Shown one piece after another: positions 1 through 9,496 of a DNA stretch of 64,000 nucleotides. A model generated the notes under the pieces. It ran no database searches. It was not told the origin of the DNA and worked only from the letters and a program-made list of their open reading frames with translations. Position numbers and translations under genes: made by a program. Origin of the DNA: Candidatus Thorarchaeota archaeon (GTDB lineage Archaea; Asgardarchaeota; Thorarchaeia; Thorarchaeales; Thorarchaeaceae); assembly GCA_029855935.1 (NCBI GenBank), contig JAGSHN010000020.1, forward strand, positions 64,001 through 128,000, given 5' to 3'. Within the stretch, counting starts at the first letter, position 1. Every line of letters starts with the position of its first letter.

Positions 1-443
1 TCCACGGTCACACCGCTGTAGACGACCAGAGCGGCCACGACAACAATTATCCCACCAACGTACAATATGCTTGGATACTGCGACTCAAGCAAGAGGCCAA
101 GCTTCTTTGAAGCGCGTGCCTGAATCAGAAGTCCAATTCCGAGCAGCCCGAGGAATACTGCACTATAGTAGATGCTGAGCGGTGACTGGTACACAAAGTA
201 CGCGGCCTCGTATGGTAGCTCAATCAGACCACCAGCAGGAAAGGCGGCACCGCCAGTGATGTACGACAGGACAAGGCTTGCAAGGCCTATGAACCCGGCA
301 ACGACCCCAAGCAGACCGCCAAGAGCAGCCCGCTTGCTGATCGGCTCGAATTCTCCTGAGAGGTCTTTCTCTAGCTCCGCTGTCTCATCAGATTTAGAGT
401 ACAGCTTTCGTCCGAATGACGCAAGCGATCCTTTGGAACCCAT
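1..443 (-). CDS. Multi-pass membrane protein, runs off the left edge (partial)
   Basis: Not in the ORF track. My translation from ATG 443 is MGSKGSLASFGRKLYSKSDETAELEKDLSGEFEPISKRAALGGLLGVVAGFIGLASLVLYITGG..., open to position 1, with at least 3 hydrophobic segments and a GAGG RBS upstream. Confidence 0.8.
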   Translation of the reverse strand, partial: MGSKGSLASFGRKLYSKSDETAELEKDLSGEFEPISKRAALGGLLGVVAGFIGLASLVLSYITGGAAFPAGGLIELPYEAAYFVYQSPLSIYYSAVFLGLLGIGLLIQARASKKLGLLLESQYPSILYVGGIIVVVAALVVYSGVTV

Positions 444-632
444 CTGTCAGTCCTCACGGGATAGTCTCTGAACGCGTCCTGAACGACTTCGGGGGGTATA
501 AATGCGTATCGGACTGCGTCTAGGTCACTCACATCTTCCTATGGCACGGACCAAAAGGGCCAGCAACGGTTGCCGCCAGCAAGTAGAAAAGAGGGACCGC
601 CCAGTGGTCACCAGAGAAAGAAGGTGAGTGCA

Positions 633-779
633 GTGCCAGAGATAGAACTCTATGTCAACGGAGAGAGGATTGCTCTCAACAGGTTCACAGCCAACGTCCT
701 ACGAGACGTTCTGATGGCGTTCCTCCGAAACCTCCACGGTGTCGAGGTGGACGAGATCAAGAAGATTGAAGTGTCGTGA
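633..779 (+). CDS. Small protein (48 aa) resembling the MobB C-terminal extension, upstream of AOR
   Basis: GTG after an AAGGTGAG RBS; PEIELYVNGERIALNRFTANVLRDVLMAFLRNLHGVEVDEIKKIEV resembles the 'L.VNG..I.LN.FV...I...L..LKG...I..IEI' family. Confidence 0.65.
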   Translation: MPEIELYVNGERIALNRFTANVLRDVLMAFLRNLHGVEVDEIKKIEVS

Positions 780-800
780 CTCGCATTCGGGGCGATTCCT

Positions 801-2633
801 TTGGAAAAGGGTTGCAGAAGCGGCAAGATGGCGTGGGTCGACCTCTCTACAGGTCGCGTGCAGGAGAAGAGACTCGAGGACTGGGTATACAAGACGTTCA
901 TAGGCGGCAAGGGGCTCGGTGCCTACCTCCTGTACAGACACGTGATGGCAGGAACTGAACCGTTCTCTGCCAGCAACACGCTGTTCTTCCTCACAGGCCC
1001 TCTACAGGCCGTCGGCGGTCCCAGCATCGGCCGATGGAGCATCGTGACAAAGTCGCCTCTCACGGGGCTCTTTCTGGACAGCCACTGTGGCGGCCCACTG
1101 GGACGTGAGATCAAACGGGCAGGATACGACGTGCTCGCTGTGAGAGGCAAGGCAGCTGAACCAGTGGTCCTGCACGTGACTGATGACAGTATCGACATCG
1201 AGCCAGCGGAGGATGTCTGGGGCGCGGGCATATACAGGGCGACGGAGACACTACACGAGAGGTACGGCAGAGAGGCCGCTGTGTACACTATCGGTCCAGC
1301 CGGAGAGAGAGGTATTCTCTTTGCCACGGGAGCGTGCGAGATTGCACATCAGACTGGTCGCGGTGGTGTTGGTGCAGTGATGGGCTGGAAGAACCTGAAG
1401 GCCGTTGTCGCACAGGGAACTCACGTCTATCTCGCCGCGGACCCCGACGATATACGCGAGGTCAACAGAGAGGTGGCCAAGACGTGGAGGGAGAACAAGA
1501 CCGGGTTCCCAGAGATTGGGACTGCCTTCCTTGTGGAGGTGGCCAACGGGCTCGGCCAGTTCCCGACACGAAACTGGGAGGCGGGGTACTTCGAACGACA
1601 CGAAGAGCTGGATATGCGCAGCCTCCACAAAACAAGGTGGGCGGGACAGTTCTATTCGTGTCCTCACTGCATCATGCGCTGCACCCACGCCTACAAGACA
1701 CCTGACCCCGACGACCCAACGAGGGATGTCGACTCAACCGTTGAGTACGAGACTCTTGGCCTGATGGGGGGAAACCTGGGCATCTCAGACCCGATTGATG
1801 TACTTCAACTCAACTATCTGAGCGACAATTATGGCCTAGACACAATCAGTACTGGATCAGTGATTGGCTTTGCCATCGAGTGCTACAAGAGGGGCATCAT
1901 CACGTCATCCGAGCTGGGAATAGAACCGGAATTCGGCGACGTGGCATCTGCCATTCATATCCTCAAGAGCATTGTCAATAGAGTGGGAATCGGAGATACC
2001 CTGGCTCTCGGCGTCCGGAGGGCAGCGAAGAGGCTCGGGAGAGGCGCGGAGGAGTATGCGGTCCACGTAAAGGGCCTTGAGGTCGCAGCTTGGGACCCGC
2101 GTGGTAGAAGGGGGATGGGCCTCTCGTACGCCACGGCCGATGTCGGGGGAAGCCATCTGAGGGGATGGCCCGCCACGACAGATCCGCCAGATGCATCAGC
2201 GCTTGATCTCGTAGAGTCGATGGTACGGGCGAGGGACGAGAAGGTCCTCACAGACTCTCTTGTAGTCTGCCATTTCACGTACCACCTTCCTCTGAGGCTG
2301 GAGCAGAAGATTCGGCTCCTGAACGCTGCAACAGGGGAGAACTACACTGAGGAAGACATCTTTCTCTTCGCCAAGAGAGTCGCGGCTGTCACGCGGATGT
2401 TCAATGTCAGAGAGGGCATATGCAGAGAGTACGACGACCTGCCACCGAGGCTATGGCAACCCCAGAGCCAGGGGCCACGCGCTGGCCTCAGCTCCTTCGT
2501 CAGCAGGCAGGACTTCGAGGACTGTCTAGATCGGTTCTACGAGCTGAGAGGTTGGGACGCCACGGGGTGTCCCACAAGAGAGACGCTCAGGGAGCTAGGG
2601 CTTCTGGAACTCGGTATAGAGCCGATCGACTGA
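801..2633 (+). CDS. aor: Tungsten-containing aldehyde:ferredoxin oxidoreductase family protein
   Basis: FIGGKGLGA, KSPLTG...SHCGG, GRGGVGAVMGWKNLKAV, CPHCIMRC Fe-S motif, EYET, DNYGLDTIS, DPRG, FYELRGWD. Confidence 0.95.
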   Translation: MEKGCRSGKMAWVDLSTGRVQEKRLEDWVYKTFIGGKGLGAYLLYRHVMAGTEPFSASNTLFFLTGPLQAVGGPSIGRWSIVTKSPLTGLFLDSHCGGPLGREIKRAGYDVLAVRGKAAEPVVLHVTDDSIDIEPAEDVWGAGIYRATETLHERYGREAAVYTIGPAGERGILFATGACEIAHQTGRGGVGAVMGWKNLKAVVAQGTHVYLAADPDDIREVNREVAKTWRENKTGFPEIGTAFLVEVANGLGQFPTRNWEAGYFERHEELDMRSLHKTRWAGQFYSCPHCIMRCTHAYKTPDPDDPTRDVDSTVEYETLGLMGGNLGISDPIDVLQLNYLSDNYGLDTISTGSVIGFAIECYKRGIITSSELGIEPEFGDVASAIHILKSIVNRVGIGDTLALGVRRAAKRLGRGAEEYAVHVKGLEVAAWDPRGRRGMGLSYATADVGGSHLRGWPATTDPPDASALDLVESMVRARDEKVLTDSLVVCHFTYHLPLRLEQKIRLLNAATGENYTEEDIFLFAKRVAAVTRMFNVREGICREYDDLPPRLWQPQSQGPRAGLSSFVSRQDFEDCLDRFYELRGWDATGCPTRETLRELGLLELGIEPID

Positions 2634-2685
2634 GCGCATCATCGTGATAAATGACTGGCCATCTGACAGACAGCAGCTGAGGCCC

Positions 2686-3438
2686 TCACTTGATGATCTT
2701 GTAGAGCTCTTCCATCTTCGCAGTGAACTCGCTGTCCGGATGACGGAGAACGACAACATATCTGCTTCCAGCCTCGATGAGCAGTGGGAGAAGCGGGATG
2801 ATGGTGGCCACCTTTGCCTTGAACTTTCCCTCCACCTGTCGCACGATATCCGCGTCCTCGTATATGCGGGGCTTCTTGTTGATCACTATCTTGATCTCCG
2901 GCACCTGAAGTTTGCGTGCCACACTCAGTGTCGCGGCAGTGCCAAGAAGGTCCTGTTCATCGACACGCGCCACCACAAAGAGAAAGTCGGCCGTCGCCAT
3001 CGAGAGGAGGGTCTCACGGTCGAGTCCGGGGTGGGTGTCAATTATCAGGTAGTCAAGTTGTTTCTCGCGTATCACGTCATTGAATCCATTCCGCAGGTCG
3101 CTCACCTCGTATCCCTCCCTGAGAATCCGGGTTATGTCCGCCGCATTCATCGACGATGGGACAAGGTATAGCCTTCCTCTCCTGATCCCCAACTCCTCGG
3201 TCAGATCCAGACATACATCAGTGATATCACAAGCCCCGCGTAGGTAGTCATTGAGTGTGTGGGGAAGACGTTCGCGTCCCTTGCCAAAGATGATGTGAAT
3301 ACCGGGGGATGCCATATCAGTGTCCATCACAGCCACACGCTTGCCATCAAGTGCCGCCACTGCAGCAAGATTGGCAGCGATATTCGACTTGCCAGTCCCA
3401 CCGCGAAACGAGTGAATGCTAACGATCTCTCCCGCCAT
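2686..3438 (-). CDS. MinD/ParA-family ATPase
   Basis: Deviant Walker A HSFRGGTGKSN, DTD switch I, IIDTHPG Walker B, INK. Its start overlaps the upstream stop (TGATG at 3438). Confidence 0.92.
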   Translation of the reverse strand: MAGEIVSIHSFRGGTGKSNIAANLAAVAALDGKRVAVMDTDMASPGIHIIFGKGRERLPHTLNDYLRGACDITDVCLDLTEELGIRRGRLYLVPSSMNAADITRILREGYEVSDLRNGFNDVIREKQLDYLIIDTHPGLDRETLLSMATADFLFVVARVDEQDLLGTAATLSVARKLQVPEIKIVINKKPRIYEDADIVRQVEGKFKAKVATIIPLLPLLIEAGSRYVVVLRHPDSEFTAKMEELYKIIK

Positions 3439-4757
3439 CAGTCCGACCTCGCATCTTCCAGTATTGGTTCGGTGGCCCAGGTCACATTGTTTCCCAGGGC
3501 CCTCAGGACCTCCAGAATACGTGACGGAGGAATGTGCGTCCGAGCAGAGATAACTCGGACCGGCGTCTTGCCGTCACAGTATTCCCATATTGCGTCTAGT
3601 ATTTCGTAATCCCTCTTAGGCATTCCGATGACCTCCAGATATGCAAGGAACCTCTCGTCCCTGTCGCAGACCTTTGCATACAGCGGTCGGATGCGTACCA
3701 CCCCTCGTGCCACGAGCAGCGCGAGGAGCTCTGACAACTCTGACATCCGTAGCCCAGCGTCACGTGCGAGCTCGCCCACGGTGATCAGCCCGCGGTGTCG
3801 ACCGAGCAGGCCCACTAGTTTCCTGTGCACACTATCGGGAAACCGCTCTGCGAGAAGAGTTTCCACTGCCCCGGCTGTGATCTCTCCGCCAACGGGCACA
3901 ACAACATCCTCCTCGTTGAGGGCAACTGGCCCCTCCTCATCTACAGGGGCCACACGCGGCACATCACTCAGGTCCAGCTGGCACACAAGATTGAGAAACG
4001 CTCTCGCCTTGTTCTCAACAGACTCAGGCGAAACGGATCCCGTGACCACGAACACCACAATCTTCTCATCACACCTGCTTGCAACAAAGGAGGTTCCCAT
4101 ATCGAGCGACGGATGAACAATAGTTATTGGAAGGCGCTCGGCAGCGGTCTGCCCCGCGATGGAGACGAGCATATCGAGCAATGCCTCAAGTTCGTACATT
4201 CTCAAGTTCGACACTATTATGTGACCGTCATCGGTGAGCGCTGCGCCACGCAGTACCTCCTCTCTCTCGACCGATGAGAGAACACTCTTCAGGTCGTGGA
4301 GGACCGAGGGAGGCAGCAGGATTGTGTGATACCTGCGCGCTATTCCCGGAATCCCGTCAAATCTCCTCAGCACGAGCTCGACAGTGTCAGCAAACGACTG
4401 GAACCTTGAGTACTGTGCCCTCGAACTGTCATCATCAGTGTTTCTCAGAACCTCGTAGTACTTGCCGACGAACCGTTCGGCCAGCTCCTTGAGAATGGCG
4501 CGGTAGATCTCGACACTATCGTCTTTTCTCACAAGGGCAATGAAGTACAGGTCTCCCTTCTCTACCCAGACGAACTTGCTGTCAGCAAACGCTATCGCCT
4601 GAATCTCCTGTTCAGTAGTGCTCTCCACAAAGGACCCCACAGCCGAGAGGAATGCGGCAATCACCTCGTCAATCTTGTGAGGCCCTCCTGTGGAGTAGCG
4701 GAACAAGGGGATGCCCGTATTTCTGATAATGACAATCTCCTGCGCCAATCTTCGCAC
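3438..4757 (-). CDS. Longin + roadblock-like + tandem winged-helix protein
   Basis: N-terminal IVIIRNTGIPLFRY...IAAFLSAVGSF...LKELAERFVGKY (Asgard longin pattern); middle LRGAALTDDGHIIVSNL (roadblock/MglB-like); two C-terminal wHTH units (TVGELARDAGL...LVARGVV; CDGKTPVRVISART). Confidence 0.7.
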   Translation of the reverse strand: MRRLAQEIVIIRNTGIPLFRYSTGGPHKIDEVIAAFLSAVGSFVESTTEQEIQAIAFADSKFVWVEKGDLYFIALVRKDDSVEIYRAILKELAERFVGKYYEVLRNTDDDSSRAQYSRFQSFADTVELVLRRFDGIPGIARRYHTILLPPSVLHDLKSVLSSVEREEVLRGAALTDDGHIIVSNLRMYELEALLDMLVSIAGQTAAERLPITIVHPSLDMGTSFVASRCDEKIVVFVVTGSVSPESVENKARAFLNLVCQLDLSDVPRVAPVDEEGPVALNEEDVVVPVGGEITAGAVETLLAERFPDSVHRKLVGLLGRHRGLITVGELARDAGLRMSELSELLALLVARGVVRIRPLYAKVCDRDERFLAYLEVIGMPKRDYEILDAIWEYCDGKTPVRVISARTHIPPSRILEVLRALGNNVTWATEPILEDARSD

Positions 4758-5030
4758 CTCTGACTCGGCCGAAAACGGCCCAATGACACTCGTCGAGCCG
4801 ATGCGGCTACCTACCTCTTACGATACCACACCTCTAGACTTGAAGCTTTCGTGCGTCCGGCATCAACCGGGTAGACTGTCGGCCTGACAGAGAGACCTTG
4901 ATTCATAACAGCAAACCTATTAACGGTTGGCTGTGGGTATTTGTTGGGGCAGGTAGTAGAGAGGCGTACCACTTCTTGATTGGACGGCCACCCCGGTGTT
5001 CTCCCCGTGTGCGCGCGTAGGTGATAGACG

Positions 5031-6065
5031 ATGACGGAAGAGACACAGACGCAGACAAACATCGTGGCAGTTGTCGTCACAGACGCTGAGGGGAAGGTCA
5101 TCGCCACTGATGAGGTCCTTCGGACAAGGCTTGGTAGTGGGGCTACGGTCTTCAACCTGCTGAGAACATCGGATCACCAAGTGCTGCAAGATGCTCTGGC
5201 ACAGGCCATAGCGAATCAGCGGAAGACCAGTGCCCAGCTGTCCATCCCGGGGCCGGGGGACAAGTGGACGGCAGGTCAGGCCGATATAGTTCCTATTGCC
5301 GTCGAGGGAAAGGCCTTGGTGCTCGTAGTCTTCTCAACGCCGCGTCCGTGCACCGGCTCGCCTGCGTATCAGCACAAGCTCAGCCTTCTTGATGCGATGA
5401 CATACGAGATCAGGTCACTTCTTCAGGAGCTCGTCACCACTCAAGAATACGTGAGGTCGCTCGCGGCCGACAACAGCGAACTCTCAGAGATTGTTGACGG
5501 CCTCCTGACAGAGGTCGGCCGCGCAGTCAGGTTGGCCAATTCCGTGAGGACCATCCTGAAACTCGAGTCCGAGCCCGTAGAGGTTCGAGTGATGGACCTT
5601 GCAACCACTGTGGAACGGTCGTTCGAGATGACAAGCGAGTTGTATCCAGATCGAAATCTTGGGCTCGTCGCAACATTCGACGAGGGTCAGTTCAAGGTGA
5701 TGTGCTCGGACCTCTTGGTGGATGCCCTCTCGGCACTGCTCAGCGTATCAGTTGAGATGTGCCATCCAGAGGAGTCCCGAATTGTTGTGGACGCCAAAAT
5801 GCAGGACGGCGACCGGGTTCTGCTCACGATCAGTGACAACGGCGAGCGAATCCCGGAGGAGAATCATGAGAAGATATTCGACATAATATGTGCGGGCCTC
5901 AGCAGATCCATTGGTCAGGGCCTCAATATGGCTGAGGAGGTACTGACTCGATGCGATGCTTCAGTCAGGCTTGTTGAAGAGCCTGCTGACGAGGGGCTTC
6001 TTCTCAGGTTCGCAATAACACTCTCCCGCGCAGGGAGCGGAACTTCATCGGTGGTGAGCAGGTAG
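5031..6065 (+). CDS. PAS + histidine-kinase-like protein lacking catalytic residues (pseudokinase)
   Basis: PAS-like N-terminus; H-box reads MTYEIRSLL (His->Tyr); N-box has no Asn; G1 SDNGERIP and G2 IGQGL remnants. Confidence 0.75.
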   Translation: MTEETQTQTNIVAVVVTDAEGKVIATDEVLRTRLGSGATVFNLLRTSDHQVLQDALAQAIANQRKTSAQLSIPGPGDKWTAGQADIVPIAVEGKALVLVVFSTPRPCTGSPAYQHKLSLLDAMTYEIRSLLQELVTTQEYVRSLAADNSELSEIVDGLLTEVGRAVRLANSVRTILKLESEPVEVRVMDLATTVERSFEMTSELYPDRNLGLVATFDEGQFKVMCSDLLVDALSALLSVSVEMCHPEESRIVVDAKMQDGDRVLLTISDNGERIPEENHEKIFDIICAGLSRSIGQGLNMAEEVLTRCDASVRLVEEPADEGLLLRFAITLSRAGSGTSSVVSR

Positions 6066-6427
6066 TGGCAAAGATAATGATAGCCGATGACGACGTCTTC
6101 TTACACAGGGTTATGGCGAGGGTCCTTGGTCTCGGTGGCCATCAGGTCGTGGCACACGCGTACAACGGCCTAGAGGCCTTCAAGAAATATGCGAACCTCA
6201 ACGACAAGCCAGACGTTATCTTGATGGATCACCGAATGCCGGTTATGGATGGCGTCCACGCTACAAAGGAGATTCTCCGGGTTGACCCCCACGCGAAGAT
6301 TCTATTCATCAGCGCAGACGAGTCTGCAAAGGAGGAGGCGCTGAAGGCAGGGGCGGCCGGCTTTCTAGTCAAGCCAGTGAGAAGCACCATGCTCTTCAAG
6401 GAGATTGACGAGGTCCTGTCCAAGTAG
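6065..6427 (+). CDS. Stand-alone response regulator receiver (CheY-like)
   Basis: IADDD, LMDHRMPVMDG (phospho-Asp), FISA, GAAGFLVKP. Start overlaps the upstream TAG. Confidence 0.95.
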   Translation: MAKIMIADDDVFLHRVMARVLGLGGHQVVAHAYNGLEAFKKYANLNDKPDVILMDHRMPVMDGVHATKEILRVDPHAKILFISADESAKEEALKAGAAGFLVKPVRSTMLFKEIDEVLSK

Positions 6428-6441
6428 GCAGGTGCGTACGT

Positions 6442-8226
6442 CTAGTATCCCGGACGCAGAACAGGCAACGTAATGCGGAAATGAGCGCCCTCACCGGGTG
6501 CCGTGTCAATCAACTCTAGGTCACCACCGAGGGAACGCAGTATCTCTCGGCTGAGGTAGAGTCCGAAGCCGCCTGACGACCTCGTTGAAACACCACGTGC
6601 GAACAGCCTGTCACGAATCGACGGGTCCACACCGGGGCCGTTGTCCTCAACGTCGATATAGACCACATCGTTGCTCTCAAGCCGAGCAGTAACAGTCACC
6701 TCGGGTCGGCTTGTACCGTGCATTACACTGTTTCGTATAAGGTTCTGGAGGACCATAGGCAAAAGCGAACTCCCCGCCACCATCACGTCCTTCACCTCAG
6801 ACACGTTGACCCGAAGGACAAGCCCCGGATAGGTTGAACGAGCCCAGCGTACGACATCGCACACAAGATCGAGGAGGTTCTTGATCCCCTTCTCAGACGG
6901 CTTTCCGAAGGCCTTTATCACCTCCAAGGAGCGCTCGAGCACGGTGTCGCAGGTATTGATGAGCTCCTCAATGGCGGCGATATCACCACGAGCAATGAGC
7001 TGTCGGCCCAGGTCCAGGTTTGACAGAAGTAGTGCTATGTCATTTGTCAAATCGTGGCGTAGGACGGAGGCATAGAGCTTCAGCTCCCGATGAGCCTGCT
7101 CGCGTTCCAGCTGTGCCATCTTCTTCTCAGTGACATCACGGCAGACGAAGACTATACTCACCTCGGTGTCACTGACGGCGACACCAGTGCTGACCTCCGC
7201 GAGGAATCTCGAACCATCTTTCCGCATCAGCTCAATCTCCCTTGGCTGCTTGCCTCCCGCCTGGTTTCCACGAATGAGTGGCGCCAACAGACGCCGAATC
7301 TCACCCCGACTCTCGGTGGGCACCACCAGTTCAACTATCGACTTTCCGCTGGCATCGTCGACAGAGTATCCAAATAGTCTCTCTGCGGCAGAGCTCCAGA
7401 ACTGGATTCTGAGACTCGCGTCAACTATCGCGATCGCATCGCTAGACGCTATGGCTATGGCCATGAGCCGCATACGTTCGCGACGCAGTTCCGCGGTCAC
7501 TCTCTCTCTATCGGTGACGTCAATCACTGCGGCAGAGGCGAAAGACAATGTCTCGTCCGTTGCACGCGGTACCGCGTGAATCTCCAAATGCCGGATGGTT
7601 CCCTGCCGTGTGCGTACCCGAAGCGTGTAGGTAGATGAGCGTCCTTTCTTGCGGAGGGCGGTCTGCTCGTGAAGAAGTGTCCGATCCTCGGGAAGCACAA
7701 ACTCCGTGAGGGGTCTGCCAATCAGCTCCTCAAGATCGCGTTCGACCATCTTGCAGAATGTGGAGTTCGCGTATAGGATGTGCTCTTCAAAGTCTGCTAT
7801 GAGAAATCCAATCGGAAGGTGCTCCATCTCCTTCAAGAAGTCAACATATACCGGGCGACCATCCGGACCCACTATTGTGCCCGTCTTTGGAACTCCTACA
7901 GCAGCAACAAGGCCGCTCTCTCTGTCAATCGCCCATACACTCCACGCCAGCCCAAGCCGCGACTTACCCAAATGTAGAGTGGTCTGCACGTGACCAACAT
8001 CTGACTCTCCATCAGCAATCGGGCGGATAGCCTCACCAAGAGAGCCACTCTCCCAGATTCCATCAATGTCCTCTAGTGTCTTGAGAGAACGCCCCCGTCG
8101 AGCGCGTCGGATGAGCTTCGCGAGCGGCTCGCTCACAAAGCCTAGGTCCCCCCCACGAGAGACCACCAGCATCATCGGGGCTCCCGTTGGCAGGTCCTTT
8201 GCACAATCAGCAGACCTTGATTTCAT
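6442..8226 (-). CDS. Multi-PAS sensor histidine kinase
   Basis: Two clear PAS/PAC domains, H-box LRHDLTND, N-box QNLIRNSVMH, DNGPG, GFGLYLS; no TM segment. Confidence 0.93.
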   Translation of the reverse strand: MKSRSADCAKDLPTGAPMMLVVSRGGDLGFVSEPLAKLIRRARRGRSLKTLEDIDGIWESGSLGEAIRPIADGESDVGHVQTTLHLGKSRLGLAWSVWAIDRESGLVAAVGVPKTGTIVGPDGRPVYVDFLKEMEHLPIGFLIADFEEHILYANSTFCKMVERDLEELIGRPLTEFVLPEDRTLLHEQTALRKKGRSSTYTLRVRTRQGTIRHLEIHAVPRATDETLSFASAAVIDVTDRERVTAELRRERMRLMAIAIASSDAIAIVDASLRIQFWSSAAERLFGYSVDDASGKSIVELVVPTESRGEIRRLLAPLIRGNQAGGKQPREIELMRKDGSRFLAEVSTGVAVSDTEVSIVFVCRDVTEKKMAQLEREQAHRELKLYASVLRHDLTNDIALLLSNLDLGRQLIARGDIAAIEELINTCDTVLERSLEVIKAFGKPSEKGIKNLLDLVCDVVRWARSTYPGLVLRVNVSEVKDVMVAGSSLLPMVLQNLIRNSVMHGTSRPEVTVTARLESNDVVYIDVEDNGPGVDPSIRDRLFARGVSTRSSGGFGLYLSREILRSLGGDLELIDTAPGEGAHFRITLPVLRPGY

Positions 8227-8409
8227 AGTCTTGCCCCCAGCGCGAACGTCGTCCTTGTAGACGACAATCCAGGGTACCTCCTACCCGTATCCAGTGTAGT
8301 GCCCACAGCAGGCCTTCGCCGAATCCAGTCGGTGGATACTGAAGGCGACCCACTTGGGAGAGGTTGTCGGCCAACTAATAACAATTCCTCTGCCGCGCGA
8401 GCAGCAGAC

Positions 8410-9336
8410 TCACACAGGACGGGTAGGACGGCTCATCCCCCCTATCTCCATCTTCTTCCACTCAACCTCGTCTCCGAGCTTCAATAAGACAGAGTACAGC
8501 TCCTCGGGCTGGACGCCCAGTTTGTTGCTCACCGCCTCCAGGGACCGGGAGCCATTGCATAGCATCCGTGCACGTTTGAGAAGCCTATACTCTCGTTCCC
8601 TAAGCCCAATCAGGTCGAGAAAGGCATCGAATCTCTCGTCGCCCTGTCGGATTGATGGACACAACCTGTAGACATCCACAACACCCCATATTGCGAGGAA
8701 CTCGACCACCTTCATGATAGTGTCGACATCCATCCCGACATGCGAGGCGATGTCCTTCAGAGTTCGTTCTCCATCAATGGCGTCGATTACGCGTCCGCCG
8801 CCGGGAAATGTCCTGTGGAACTCGTCGATCAGCTCGGCCGATTCCTGAAAGAGTGTGAGTGCCTCCCTGTTGACAACAGGCACAACAAAGGGCCCCAAGT
8901 TCGATGTGACAAGAAGCAGCCCCTCGTAGTAGTTGACGGCCCGGTGGATCTCGGTCTCAAAGTCTGAGAAGGCCTCCTCAATCATCACCGGAGAATCGAG
9001 AACATCCTCGTACCGCATCAGGAACTTCCTTCCCAAGTCGCGGAGGATGGCACGCAAGATGTGAACAGGAGCACCAGAGTCGACTAACAGAACGAAAAGA
9101 ACATTCTTCCCAGCCTGTTCGTAGAGTATCTCCGATCCCTTGAAGGAGAGGCTCTGAACCGACCGCTCACCAAACTCCGATGCGAAACTCGTTATGGCGC
9201 TGAGAAAGCCCGAGAGTAGCTCATTCAGCCGGCGGGCACCTGTGAATGAGTAGTGGAATACTGGCACACCACCGCCGGCAATGACCATGAACTCTTGGAC
9301 CTTCAGTCGACCTGACAAGGCTACTGTCTCCATCAT
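8410..9336 (-). CDS. Longin + tandem winged-helix protein (NPRL2-like architecture), paralogue of 3438..4757
   Basis: VIAGGGVPVFHY...LLSGFLSAITSFASEFG longin; VPV...IDGERTLKDIA...FLAIWGVV wHTH; C-terminal DERF...IG...C.G...LG..V.W shared with the paralogue. Confidence 0.75.
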   Translation of the reverse strand: MMETVALSGRLKVQEFMVIAGGGVPVFHYSFTGARRLNELLSGFLSAITSFASEFGERSVQSLSFKGSEILYEQAGKNVLFVLLVDSGAPVHILRAILRDLGRKFLMRYEDVLDSPVMIEEAFSDFETEIHRAVNYYEGLLLVTSNLGPFVVPVVNREALTLFQESAELIDEFHRTFPGGGRVIDAIDGERTLKDIASHVGMDVDTIMKVVEFLAIWGVVDVYRLCPSIRQGDERFDAFLDLIGLREREYRLLKRARMLCNGSRSLEAVSNKLGVQPEELYSVLLKLGDEVEWKKMEIGGMSRPTRPV

Positions 9337-9496
9337 TGCTCGGAGAAATCATCCAATAAAAGATATCTGCACGGACTTTGAACGGCGACAGGTCAGATAT
9401 CCGGCTCTGCTGTGTGGGAGAGGCAGTTCAGCCGAGAAACTGTCATATTGGTCAAGCGTCAAGGTTGCATCGCTTCCAAGACAGACGGTGAAAGAA

